Below, in pieces: positions 1 through 8,963 of a stretch of DNA of 64,000 nt (position 1 is the first letter of the stretch; each line of letters begins with the position of its first letter). The notes beneath the pieces are model-generated. The model had not been told where the DNA came from and ran no database searches. It was given only the letters and a program-made list of their open reading frames with translations. The stretch spans positions 46,934-110,933 of the forward strand of contig MEZH01000007.1 of the NCBI GenBank assembly GCA_001775995.1. The letters run 5' to 3'. This stretch comes from Candidatus Bathyarchaeota archaeon RBG_16_48_13 (lineage in GTDB: Archaea; Thermoproteota; Bathyarchaeia; RBG-16-48-13). The translations under genes and the position numbers were made by a program.

Positions 1-251
1 TTTGAGACCCCGTGGACGTTTCTTATCTCGAAGATGATTTTGCTTAGTTCCTCCATGTCAACTGCGTTTATTATAGCTGTCATGTCTATGTCACCCGTCA
101 ACTCGTAGACCTTCTCAACCCCTGGAACCGAAGCCACTTTGGCCGCTAGATCCCGTGGACTCCCGGTTAGAACGCTTATGAAGACAAGGGCCGAAACGTC
201 TATTTCCTTTTCCATGAGTTCTTCTTCAATCTCTTTTTCGTTGTTCACCAT
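1..251 (-). CDS. Lrp/AsnC ligand-binding (RAM) domain protein, 3'-truncated by window edge
   Basis: Manual translation MVNNEKEIEEELMEKEIDVSALVFISVLTGSPRDLAAKVASVPGVEKVYELTGDIDMTAIINAVDMEELSKIIFEIRNVHGV; 'VEKVYELTGDID' is the typical AsnC C-terminal motif; no N-terminal HTH seen. Confidence 0.75.
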   Translation of the reverse strand, partial: MVNNEKEIEEELMEKEIDVSALVFISVLTGSPRDLAAKVASVPGVEKVYELTGDIDMTAIINAVDMEELSKIIFEIRNVHGVS

Positions 252-584
252 CGGAGTTCTCACCGAAGAGACTCTCTATGAAAATGATCTAATATAGGTT
301 CCCATTTGACCGACGCAATCAGAGCCTGACAAACAAACGATTTTTCCAGAATGAGTTTGACATATGTACTCTATCACCGAATACGACGCATTTCATTTCA
401 ATGTGATTGAAGGGTTGCAGCGACGGTATGGCAGAAAATTGGAAAGGGAGATGACTGATACTAGATCGTCCTCTATCATTTTGTATGTACTCGAGGACTA
501 TCAACGGCTGGTCTTTCAGTTCAGAGATTGTCTTATATTTTGAAGATGCCAAGATACCGAAAAACGTGATCGCGTTGAATCGAT

Positions 585-1605
585 GTGGTGATGGTTATGC
601 CTAGAATGGGTTTGATGGTTGCCCCAGAAGCTGAGTTCAGCGTCTTGGCTAAAACCGCCAAGTCAGCCGAGGAGTGTGGATTTGATTCTCTATGGATTGC
701 GGACAGAGCCTATGAAAGGGACTTCAACGTTGCCATGACCGTAGCAGCATACGCTACTAGGAGGATCAAGATTGCAGTCGGCGTCACGAACCCCTACACA
801 AGGCATCCAGTCAAGACCGCTTGCGCGATAGCATCACTCAACGAACTTCTTAACGGAAGGGCCATGTTGGGTATAGGCGCTGGTAGCCGAGATACTCTCA
901 GATCATTTGGCGGAGATTGGATCAAGCCGGTCAAGGCTTGCGAGGAGGCAATTCAGCTAATAAGATCGGTCTTGGACGGCGAGATGGTTCATCTTAAAAG
1001 GCGAATGCGTCACCGCGGACAGGGTTAGGATGCTCATCCCGAAGAGAAGCGAGATTTCGATAGTTGTGGGGTGTCGAAGGCCCAAGATGCTTCAAATGGC
1101 GGGGCGCGTAGCTGACGGCATCCTTCTGGACAATGTTCCGCTCAACTACATGAGGTATGCGATAGAGCAAGTGAAGAAGGGAGCTGCCTCTGTGGAGAGG
1201 AAGATTGATGATTTCGAATACGGAGACCTTGTGGTTTCAGCCGTCTCGGAGGACCGCGCAGAGGCCAGGAACCGGGTCAGAAGACACATACCATATGACT
1301 TCATCACAATATCAGGCAGGGAACTCAGAACTGTTGGCCTGACTTTCAAGGACGTGGAACCCATACGTGCAGCCCTGAGAAGGCAACTGCCTGAAGACTT
1401 TGCAATAGCCCGAGCAGCGGTCACGGATAGATGGTGGACCAATTCTCCATTTCGGGTACGCCTGAGGACTGCATCAGGCAGATAAGGGCAATGGAGAGCG
1501 CCGGAATGACCCTTGTCATATTGAGCATTCCGTCAAAACCGGAGGATGAACCTGAAAAAGATGATCAGGCTCTACGGAGAACAGGTTATCCCGGAATTCA
1601 AATAG
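585..1605 (+). pseudogene. LLM-class (Mer-like, probably F420-dependent) oxidoreductase split by three frameshifts
   Basis: ORFs 585-1028, 1030-1485 and 1431-1634 join into one LLM protein (GFDSLWIAD, GVTNPYTRHP, GIGAG, GTPEDC, C-terminal EKMIRLYGEQVIPEFK-TAG at 1603-1605) after removing one A at 996-999, adding one base near 1429 and removing one A at 1555-1559. Confidence 0.8.
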
Positions 1606-1653
1606 GAAATCTTTTCTTCTTTCAGCTGGATTAGTTGAGATAGGGATCGGTTT

Positions 1654-2556
1654 ATGTTCAAGTTCAAGGCGGAACAGAAGGTCTACACGATAGGTGGCGT
1701 CAAGATAGGGGGACAAGCTGGAGTGAACCCTCCCGTCATATATGGCTCCATCTTCGGGGAAGGGCAAGAGAAACTCGTTGCGGACCATAAGAAAGGCGTC
1801 TTCGACAGGAAAAAAGCGGAGAGAATAATCAAGAGGCAGGAGGAGCTGTCCGACAGAACCGGATGCCCCGACGCCCTAGATGTTGTGGTAATCTACGCTG
1901 GAGCTGTTCCATCGTACCTGGATTTCCTCGAGAAGGTGACCGACGCCCCGCTTAATGTCGGATCCATGACTTCCGAGATAAGAATGGCTGTCGCCAGATA
2001 TGTGTCTGAGGTGGGCCTAATCAACCGAGTCACCTGCGGACCAATATCCTTGGAAACAAAGAAGGAAGAGTTGGAGGTTTTCAAGGAGGAAAGAATTCCA
2101 TTCGTAGAGTTGAGCCTCTTCAACAAGGCGGATCCAACATCCCATGGCAGGGTTAAGATGTGGCGGAAGCTTTGGGAAAGGATCAAGGACTTGCCTTTCA
2201 AAGGATATCTCCTGGACACCGCTGTCCTTGACATGCCCAGCATTGCCCAGTCCTCCCTTTCGGTCCTCGAGGTCAAGGATAAACTCGGCTACCCAGTTGG
2301 ATGCGCCCCTGACAACGGAATAGCCATCTGGAAGAGCATGACAGAGAAGAAGGGGACGAACGAATACATGAATGCCGCCAGCCTCGCTGCCGTAATTCCA
2401 ATACTCTACGGGGCAGACTGGATCGTGTACAACATAGACCATTTGGAGTGGGTATTCCCAGCTTGTGCCTTGGCCAGCGGCATTTTCGCTTACGGCGCGA
2501 GGGAACTGGGAGCCAAACCCAGCCCAGAACACGCGCTATACAGAATTTTCAAGTGA
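1654..2556 (+). CDS. mtrH: Tetrahydromethanopterin S-methyltransferase subunit H family methyltransferase (stand-alone)
   Basis: N-terminus MFKFKAEQKVYTIGGVKIGGQAG..GSIF..HKKGVFDRKKAE..QEELSDRTG and later LLDTAV, GCAPDN match the MtrH family; 300 aa. Confidence 0.8.
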   Translation: MFKFKAEQKVYTIGGVKIGGQAGVNPPVIYGSIFGEGQEKLVADHKKGVFDRKKAERIIKRQEELSDRTGCPDALDVVVIYAGAVPSYLDFLEKVTDAPLNVGSMTSEIRMAVARYVSEVGLINRVTCGPISLETKKEELEVFKEERIPFVELSLFNKADPTSHGRVKMWRKLWERIKDLPFKGYLLDTAVLDMPSIAQSSLSVLEVKDKLGYPVGCAPDNGIAIWKSMTEKKGTNEYMNAASLAAVIPILYGADWIVYNIDHLEWVFPACALASGIFAYGARELGAKPSPEHALYRIFK

Positions 2557-2559
2557 ATT

Positions 2560-3708
2560 CTATTTTCTCTTTCTTGGAAGGGCGCTCAAGAGTCCCAAGG
2601 CATCATAGACAACCAGCGACAGGAAGCTCAGGTTCCAAGAGCTGGTTGCGTCGTAGATCAATCCAAAGATGGGCGAGCTAGCCATAATCCCGATGTTGAC
2701 CATCATCATTGAGATGGCCAACCCTACACTCGTGGCCTCAGGACCCGCGATCTCCGCTACCTCCGCCATCGCAGCGGGCGGAACAAGGTTGTTGAAGAAG
2801 CCGATGATGAGCATGAAGATAAGGAACAGAGAAAGGGGGACATAGGGAACTAAAGGGTAGAGGACAGCCAGCGCCAGCAACGGTAGGGCATAGACTATCT
2901 TCCTTGGCCGCACGCGATCTGCCAGCCAGCCGCCGAGGGGGCTGATGGGGATAGCCATAAACATCGTCAAGCTGACAAGAAAACTGCCCACAGGTACGAG
3001 GACGCCTCTGGCAACGTTGAGATAGGTTGGACCCCAGTTCAGAATGCAGTTGCCCGGAGAACCAACCCCCATGTTGGCCATGGGCAAGAGCCACAGGAAG
3101 GGATTGGACAAAGCCCTCTTCATCGAGAACCCAGGTCTATGAACTACTTTCCTATCGCTTGATAGAGCCAGGAACACCAGCGAGATGATTGCGAAGACCG
3201 AACTGAGCCACCAAACGATTCTCCAGCCGTAGCTCAGAGGAATAAGGGAGGAGAGGTTCATGCTGATCACGCTGCCTGCGGGATAGCAGGCCATGTATAG
3301 GCCCAACGCCAGACCCCTCTTCGCGGAGGGAGCAGAAAGAGAGATGATGGTGATAGCCGTCACGAGGGCAAAAGAAACGCCGACTCCTTCCACAGCTCTC
3401 CCGAAGAAGAGCAGATATGCATTTGGCGATAAGGCCTGCACAGCCGCTCCGATTATCATCAAAGCGATAGCTGCAATCCCCATTCTCTTAGTTCCATATC
3501 GGGATATCAATATCCCAGCTGGTATGGCGGTGACCACCACCGAGGCTCCCACCAAACCCATGAATAGACCCGCCAACGTGTACGAAAGGTCGAAATCAGC
3601 TATGAGCGCTTGAAGGTGAGAGGGAACCTTGAAAACCGCCAGAGCCGCTGAGAATGACATTATGAAGGAGACGAACATTGAGAGAAGAACGTCTTGGCGT
3701 TTTTCCAT
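2560..3708 (-). CDS. MFS transporter
   Basis: 382 aa with about 12 hydrophobic segments; MFS motif-A-like GILISRYGTKR and GGWLADRVRPRK. Confidence 0.85.
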   Translation of the reverse strand: MEKRQDVLLSMFVSFIMSFSAALAVFKVPSHLQALIADFDLSYTLAGLFMGLVGASVVVTAIPAGILISRYGTKRMGIAAIALMIIGAAVQALSPNAYLLFFGRAVEGVGVSFALVTAITIISLSAPSAKRGLALGLYMACYPAGSVISMNLSSLIPLSYGWRIVWWLSSVFAIISLVFLALSSDRKVVHRPGFSMKRALSNPFLWLLPMANMGVGSPGNCILNWGPTYLNVARGVLVPVGSFLVSLTMFMAIPISPLGGWLADRVRPRKIVYALPLLALAVLYPLVPYVPLSLFLIFMLIIGFFNNLVPPAAMAEVAEIAGPEATSVGLAISMMMVNIGIMASSPIFGLIYDATSSWNLSFLSLVVYDALGLLSALPRKRK

Positions 3709-3753
3709 AATCTACAGCCTTTAGGGTGAATGAGACAAAAGCCTAAAGAGTGA

Positions 3754-3792
3754 TTTATAAAAGTATTCAGGGCACAAAGCTTCATTTATATA
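3754..3792. promoter_or_regulatory. Divergent archaeal TATA boxes (TTTATAAA, TTTATATA) between MFS and RraA genes
   Basis: TTTATAAA at 3754-3761 and TTTATATA at 3785-3792, each about 45-50 nt from a divergent start codon. Confidence 0.4.
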
Positions 3793-3842
3793 CGAGCCAC
3801 AATAGACGTTGAAACATTAGGAGCCATTCAAGAAGGGAAGGT

Positions 3843-4523
3843 GTGTATCGGATGGTGTCGAAAGAAGAAAAGATCCTTATGGAATACAAGAAGCTATACG
3901 TCCCGGCCATTTCAGACGCGATGGACAGGTTGGGACTGCGACAGGGGTTTATGTCCCAAGAAATAAGACCAATTTGCCCACTCAACTCCGTTGCGACCAA
4001 GATCGTGGGATACGCTTGCACCATAAAAGTAGCCGAATCACGGGAAGCAAAAGACTCCGACCTTCTGGAGGAGTTCAAGGCCTTCGAGAGCATCAAGAAG
4101 AATTCCGCGGTGGTCCTTGACGGAGGAGGGACCTGGGTCTCATCGCTGTGGGGTCAGCTCCTTTCCACCGAAGCCACCAGAAGGGGAGCAGCTGGAGCGG
4201 TGGTGGATGGGCCTGTCAGAGACACCCAGACCGTCACGCAGATCGGATTCCCGGTCTTTGCGAGGGGCTTTGTTCCATCTAGTTCCAGAAACAGAATGAA
4301 GTTCGTCGGATGCGATATCACGGTGACCTGCGGTGGCGTGCGAGTCAGCCCCGGCGACCTGGTGATGGCCGACATCGATGGTGTTGTCGTTGTTCCCAAA
4401 GCTAGAATAGAGGCGGTCCTTGATGAGGCGAAGAAGGTGGCAGAAGATGACGTATGGGTTCTGGGACAGATAAAGTCGGGCAGGACTTTGGCGGAGATCG
4501 AACGGGAGAAACCCGTTCCGTGA
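3843..4523 (+). CDS. RraA family / HMG-CHA aldolase-like protein
   Basis: AISDAMD, IVGYACT, WGQLLS..A..RGAAGAVVDGPVRD, PVFARG, VSPGDLVMADIDGVVVVP motifs. Confidence 0.85.
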   Translation: MYRMVSKEEKILMEYKKLYVPAISDAMDRLGLRQGFMSQEIRPICPLNSVATKIVGYACTIKVAESREAKDSDLLEEFKAFESIKKNSAVVLDGGGTWVSSLWGQLLSTEATRRGAAGAVVDGPVRDTQTVTQIGFPVFARGFVPSSSRNRMKFVGCDITVTCGGVRVSPGDLVMADIDGVVVVPKARIEAVLDEAKKVAEDDVWVLGQIKSGRTLAEIEREKPVP

Positions 4524-4566
4524 TATCTCTTTTTGCCTATTGAAAAAGGTCGGCGGATGCACCCAT

Positions 4567-5733
4567 TCATCTGGGCGTGAGCGGAGAGATCGCCCTGAGC
4601 TTTGTCACTATCTTCGGCAGAACCTCTATCGCGTAGTCAACGTCCTCCCTTGCGTTGTACTTGCTCATCGTGAAGCTGAGGGAGCCATGAGCCTCTTCAT
4701 GTTTGAGACCGATCGCCAGCAGAACGGGAGAGGGTTCCAAGGTCTTCGAAGTGCATGCCGAGCCCGACGATACTGCAATACCTTCCATGTCTAGGCTAAG
4801 GAGGAGCGATTCACCCTCGACGTAGCTGAACCGGAGGTTTGCGTTGCTCGGAAGCCTTTGCGTCGGGTGACCGTTGAGGTAGGTATCGGGGATTCCGAGG
4901 AGGCCGTTCATCAACCGATCTCTAAGCGCGGTCATTTTTGAACCTTCTTCGACCATCTCGACCTTGGCAAGCTCTGCCGCCTTCCCCAATCCAACTATTC
5001 CGGGTATGTCCTCAGTCCCTGACCTCAGACCACGTTCCTGACCACCGCCGATGACCTGAGGTGACAGCTTAGTTCCCTCCTTGACGTAAAGGGCACCGAC
5101 GCCTTTCGGTCCGTACATGTCATTGGATGAGATTGTGACAAGGTCGACGTTGTCCTTCTGAACATCGATGGGTATCTTGCCAGCCGCCGCGACAGCATCT
5201 ACGTGGAGATAAATGTTTTTCCTCCTGGTGAGTTCACCCATCTCTCTTATTGGCTCAATTGTCCCTATCTCGCCGTTGGCATAATTCATCGACACGAGTA
5301 TTGTTTCATCAGTGATCTCCTTCTTGAGAACCTCTGGGTCCACCACGCCGCACTTGTCCACTGGGAGATAGGTTATCATGAAACCTTGCTTCTCGAGATG
5401 TTTACACAGGTTTCTGATCGAGATGTGCTCTATCTTGGTGGTGATTATATGTCTCCCGCGATCCTTGTTTCGGTATGCCACGCCTAGCAATGCCAGGTTG
5501 TTACCCTCGGTTGCCCCTGAGTTGAAGATTATCTCTTCCTTCTTGTTGGCATTGACCAGCTCGGCAACTTTCATCCTTGCATTCTCCAGAGCCTTCCGCG
5601 GCGCCTCTCCTAGGAAGTGGATGGAGGACGGATTTCCAAAGAATTCGGTAAAATATGGGAGCATGACTTCGACGATTCTCTGGTCTGCGGGATAACCCGC
5701 CTGGTAGTCGAAGCAAATCCTTTTCATAGCCAT
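4567..5733 (-). CDS. iscS: NifS/IscS-type cysteine desulfurase homolog with PLP Lys replaced by Asp
   Basis: FGNPSSIH, SGATEGNN, HVDAVAA, GGGQERGLRSGTE, SSGSACTS (Cys kept); SSNDMYGPKG where SxHKxYGPKG is expected. Confidence 0.85.
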   Translation of the reverse strand: MAMKRICFDYQAGYPADQRIVEVMLPYFTEFFGNPSSIHFLGEAPRKALENARMKVAELVNANKKEEIIFNSGATEGNNLALLGVAYRNKDRGRHIITTKIEHISIRNLCKHLEKQGFMITYLPVDKCGVVDPEVLKKEITDETILVSMNYANGEIGTIEPIREMGELTRRKNIYLHVDAVAAAGKIPIDVQKDNVDLVTISSNDMYGPKGVGALYVKEGTKLSPQVIGGGQERGLRSGTEDIPGIVGLGKAAELAKVEMVEEGSKMTALRDRLMNGLLGIPDTYLNGHPTQRLPSNANLRFSYVEGESLLLSLDMEGIAVSSGSACTSKTLEPSPVLLAIGLKHEEAHGSLSFTMSKYNAREDVDYAIEVLPKIVTKLRAISPLTPR

Positions 5734-5746
5734 CCTTGAACCCCCT

Positions 5747-5989
5747 TCACTTGACCTTTCTTATCAAGAACCTGATAACTTGGCCTTCCTTCTCCATTTT
5801 CAACATTTCTTGCCCTGTGATCTTCACTAAATATTGTATATCCGACTCCGCAGCGGGATCGTCTGCCACGAGCTCCAGGACCTCGCCAGCTTCCATCTTG
5901 TCGAGAGCCTCTCTGGTCTTGAGGACTGGGACAGGACAATACAAGCTTATGCAGTCGAGAAAACGGTTCTTCATGACTCTCTTTGTCAT
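5747..5989 (-). CDS. tusA: TusA/SirA-family sulfur carrier
   Basis: LDCISLYCPVPVLKTREAL..GEVLELVADDPAAESDI motif; 13 nt upstream of iscS on the same strand. Confidence 0.85.
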   Translation of the reverse strand: MTKRVMKNRFLDCISLYCPVPVLKTREALDKMEAGEVLELVADDPAAESDIQYLVKITGQEMLKMEKEGQVIRFLIRKVK

Positions 5990-6163
5990 ATAAACAGACC
6001 CCGAAGACATTCGAAGATTGGAGGACTAAGCCTCTTCGAAGTATTTTTCACACGAACCCGTATAAACGCTTCTATCCGAGCGGCTTATCAAGAGTTGACG
6101 GGTCCAGACCAATGCTTTTAATTTTTCATGTATAAAACGACATCATTTCTCATCAAAATAATC

Positions 6164-6178
6164 AAAAAAACTTAAATA
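6164..6178 (+). promoter_or_regulatory. Putative BRE/TATA of glnA
   Basis: A-run followed by TTAAATA about 48 nt upstream of the glnA ATG. Confidence 0.35.
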
Positions 6179-6225
6179 TCCAGAGACCTAACGGTCTGCA
6201 GTATTGAGGCTCTGGGTGAATTGAA

Positions 6226-7518
6226 ATGTCCGGCCAACCTGGTTTGATTGAACTTCAATTCATAGATATGACGGGTCAGTTGAGGTCTATAGACATAGAC
6301 ACGGAACGCTTCAAGAATGCAATAAGATTGGGGAAGATCGTTGACGGCTCCTCAATAAACATGAAACCGCTAGAAAAGAGTGACCTTCTCCTGAAACCCA
6401 TTATGGAAACGTACTTCCAGCTCCCATGGAATTCAGACGTAGCCAGAGTGCTCTGCGATATGTACGAACCCGCACAAAAGGTTGAGGACTTCGGAAAAGA
6501 AAAAGAGTTTGAGATTAGTCCCCGCTATGCCTTGAAGAAAATGATCAAGAGGATAGAGGCGGAGGGCTACAGTTTCCATACCAGCTGTGAGATGGAGTTT
6601 TTTGCGATAACAGAGAATAGGCCTTACGACCGGGCTGGCTACATGGCGCCCCCACCCATGGACAAGATCGCTCCCCTAAGAAGGGAGATCGTGAAAACGC
6701 TCTCCAAAGTGAACATTCAGGGCGAATACACCCACCACGAAGTGTCCACAGGACAATACGAGATCTGCTTCCGCCACAACGAGGCTTTGAGAACCGCGGA
6801 CAACGTGATGACATTCAAATATATCGCAAAGAATTTGGCGTCCATGCAGAACTTGACCCTGAGCCTGATGCCCAAACCTTACACAGGCATCAATGGAAGC
6901 GGGATGCATATCCACATGAGCCTTTTCGACTCGGAGGGGACGGAGAACCTCTTCTTCGGAGGGGGAGAGCTCCTTTCAAAGTTGGCTACCCACTTCATGG
7001 GGGGGATACTCAAGCATGCGAGAGCGATTTCAGCGCTTGCCGCCTCAACGGTCAACTCATACAAGAGACTACTCGCAGGCTACGAAGCACCGGTCTATGT
7101 CTGCTGGGGCTACATGAATCGCTCGGCTCTAATAAGAATCCCGAGTTTCAACTCCCCACAACTCGCGCGGTTAGAGCTAAGGATGCCGGACCCATGCTGC
7201 AACCCATATCTAGTCTTTGCTGCAATCCTTGCGGCAGGCCTTTGGGGAATATCTGAGAAGGTGGACCCAGGAGCACCATGGGACAAGAACGCATACTTCC
7301 ACCACGAAGGCCTTGATGTCATACCAGCAACTCTTAAGGAAGCCCTGGACGAGCTCGAGAAGGACAAGCTCATCAGAGAAGCTCTTGGTTCAAGCCTTAT
7401 GGATCACTACCTCAAAATCAAAAGAAGGGAATGGAGTGAGTATCAGAAACTCTATCCTGAGTGGAACCCCAACGAGATCACGGAGTGGGAGCGCAACAAG
7501 TACCTGGAGTTCTTTTAA
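6226..7518 (+). CDS. glnA: Glutamine synthetase type I
   Basis: DGSSI, HHEVSTGQYEI, MPKP..GINGSGMHIHMSL, NSYKRL..GYEAP, NRSALIRIP, RLELRMPDP..NPYL. Confidence 0.9.
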   Translation: MSGQPGLIELQFIDMTGQLRSIDIDTERFKNAIRLGKIVDGSSINMKPLEKSDLLLKPIMETYFQLPWNSDVARVLCDMYEPAQKVEDFGKEKEFEISPRYALKKMIKRIEAEGYSFHTSCEMEFFAITENRPYDRAGYMAPPPMDKIAPLRREIVKTLSKVNIQGEYTHHEVSTGQYEICFRHNEALRTADNVMTFKYIAKNLASMQNLTLSLMPKPYTGINGSGMHIHMSLFDSEGTENLFFGGGELLSKLATHFMGGILKHARAISALAASTVNSYKRLLAGYEAPVYVCWGYMNRSALIRIPSFNSPQLARLELRMPDPCCNPYLVFAAILAAGLWGISEKVDPGAPWDKNAYFHHEGLDVIPATLKEALDELEKDKLIREALGSSLMDHYLKIKRREWSEYQKLYPEWNPNEITEWERNKYLEFF

Positions 7519-7559
7519 AACCCTAAAAGCCACCTTTCGATAATCCCTAGTGGTCATCT

Positions 7560-7898
7560 TTGAAAGTGAAGATCCAATTCATCTCACCTCTCCAGAGCAT
7601 GGTCGGCAAATCAGAGGAGATGGTAGCCCTACCCGGAGGAGCCACGGCGATCGAAGCGATAAGGGCTGCGACAATAGGTGAAAAGACCGCCTACGAGAGT
7701 ATTTTCAACAATGACGGAACCTTGAAGCAGTATTTGGTGGTCATGAGGAACAGCCTGAACATAACGATGAGGGTTCAGGACGAGCCCCTGAAGGACGGCG
7801 ACCTTCTCCAGCTCCTCCCGACAGCAAGCGGTGGCGGGCCAAAAGGAGTCGCTGAGCACAAAGTTATAAGGAAGGCTCACGGACTCTTGGGACAATAG
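7560..7898 (+). CDS. MoaD/ThiS/SAMP-like ubiquitin-fold protein with 20-aa extension after Gly-Gly
   Basis: MKVKIQFISPL...LKDGDLLQLLPTASGG is the typical beta-grasp sulfur-carrier pattern; ORF continues GPKGVAEHKVIRKAHGLLGQ. Confidence 0.75.
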   Translation: MKVKIQFISPLQSMVGKSEEMVALPGGATAIEAIRAATIGEKTAYESIFNNDGTLKQYLVVMRNSLNITMRVQDEPLKDGDLLQLLPTASGGGPKGVAEHKVIRKAHGLLGQ

Positions 7899-7952
7899 AG
7901 TTAGTCGCCTAGGCATCTGTCACTTCGAGGACTATCCGAGAGGACAGCCGGA

Positions 7953-8843
7953 ATGCGTTATTCGAGGAACAGCTACTTATTCCTATTGAATACGATCATA
8001 TTCTTCAGCACATACGAGGTCGTGAATAGGGCCATCGCTCAGGAAATTGACCTGATACAGGTAAATTTCTTGCGCTTCTTGATCGGCGGTCTCTTTCTTC
8101 TTCCATTCGCAGTCCTGTCGATGAGAGGCAGAAGACCGGACGTCAGATCGGTTCTCGCTGCGGTGCCAGTGGGTGTACTCAACGTGTGCATAAGCATGAC
8201 TTTTCTCCAATTGAGCATAATCTATTCCGGAGCAGCCATCGCCGCAGTGGTATTCTCCTGCAATCCAATCTTCGTGGCTACCTTTTCACAAGTGATCCTG
8301 GGGGAGAAGATGAGCAGAAACAAGACAGCTGGACTCGTCTTCGGAATCGCGGGAGTCACGGTGACTTTTCTCGATGGCCTCCTCTCTGGGAACATAATCT
8401 CCATGGGGGTGCTGTTCGCCATCTTGTCAGCTATAATCTTCGGTCTCTACACGGTCCTCGGAAAGAGGGTGAGCGAGCCATTGGGAAGCACAATGATGAA
8501 CTCAGTCTCTTTCATATCCGGAAGCCTAATCCTGATGCCGATACTCTACTTGACCAATAAGCCGATCTTCAACTTCAGCCAATCAGCCTTGGTTCCTCTG
8601 ATCTACCTTTCGATATGCGTGACAGGGATTGCTTATCTCACGTACTTTGCGGCTCTCAGGGAGATGCCTGCGAACGTGGGATCCTCGGTCTTCTTCGTCA
8701 AGCCAATAGCAGCATCCCTGTTGGCTGTGGTCTTTCTCGGCGAGATGGTGACACCCTTCCTCCTTCTGGGGGGCTTATTGGTTTTGGCAGGAATATACCT
8801 CACGTTGTTCTTCGAACGCGGAAGAAGAACGGCCAAGAGTTGA
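7953..8843 (+). CDS. EamA/DMT family transporter
   Basis: 296 aa with about 10 TM segments in two repeats; RFLIGG, ILGEK, FLGE motifs. Confidence 0.85.
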   Translation: MRYSRNSYLFLLNTIIFFSTYEVVNRAIAQEIDLIQVNFLRFLIGGLFLLPFAVLSMRGRRPDVRSVLAAVPVGVLNVCISMTFLQLSIIYSGAAIAAVVFSCNPIFVATFSQVILGEKMSRNKTAGLVFGIAGVTVTFLDGLLSGNIISMGVLFAILSAIIFGLYTVLGKRVSEPLGSTMMNSVSFISGSLILMPILYLTNKPIFNFSQSALVPLIYLSICVTGIAYLTYFAALREMPANVGSSVFFVKPIAASLLAVVFLGEMVTPFLLLGGLLVLAGIYLTLFFERGRRTAKS

Positions 8844-8963
8844 GCGACCCCGATTTCAGGGCAAAGGGAAAAAGATCGCAATCCGTATTGAGCACCCAAT
8901 TTTAGAGGATCATAAGTTATAAGGTGGTAGTTCTAGGAATTGTATCAATTCGGAGGGAAGTCG

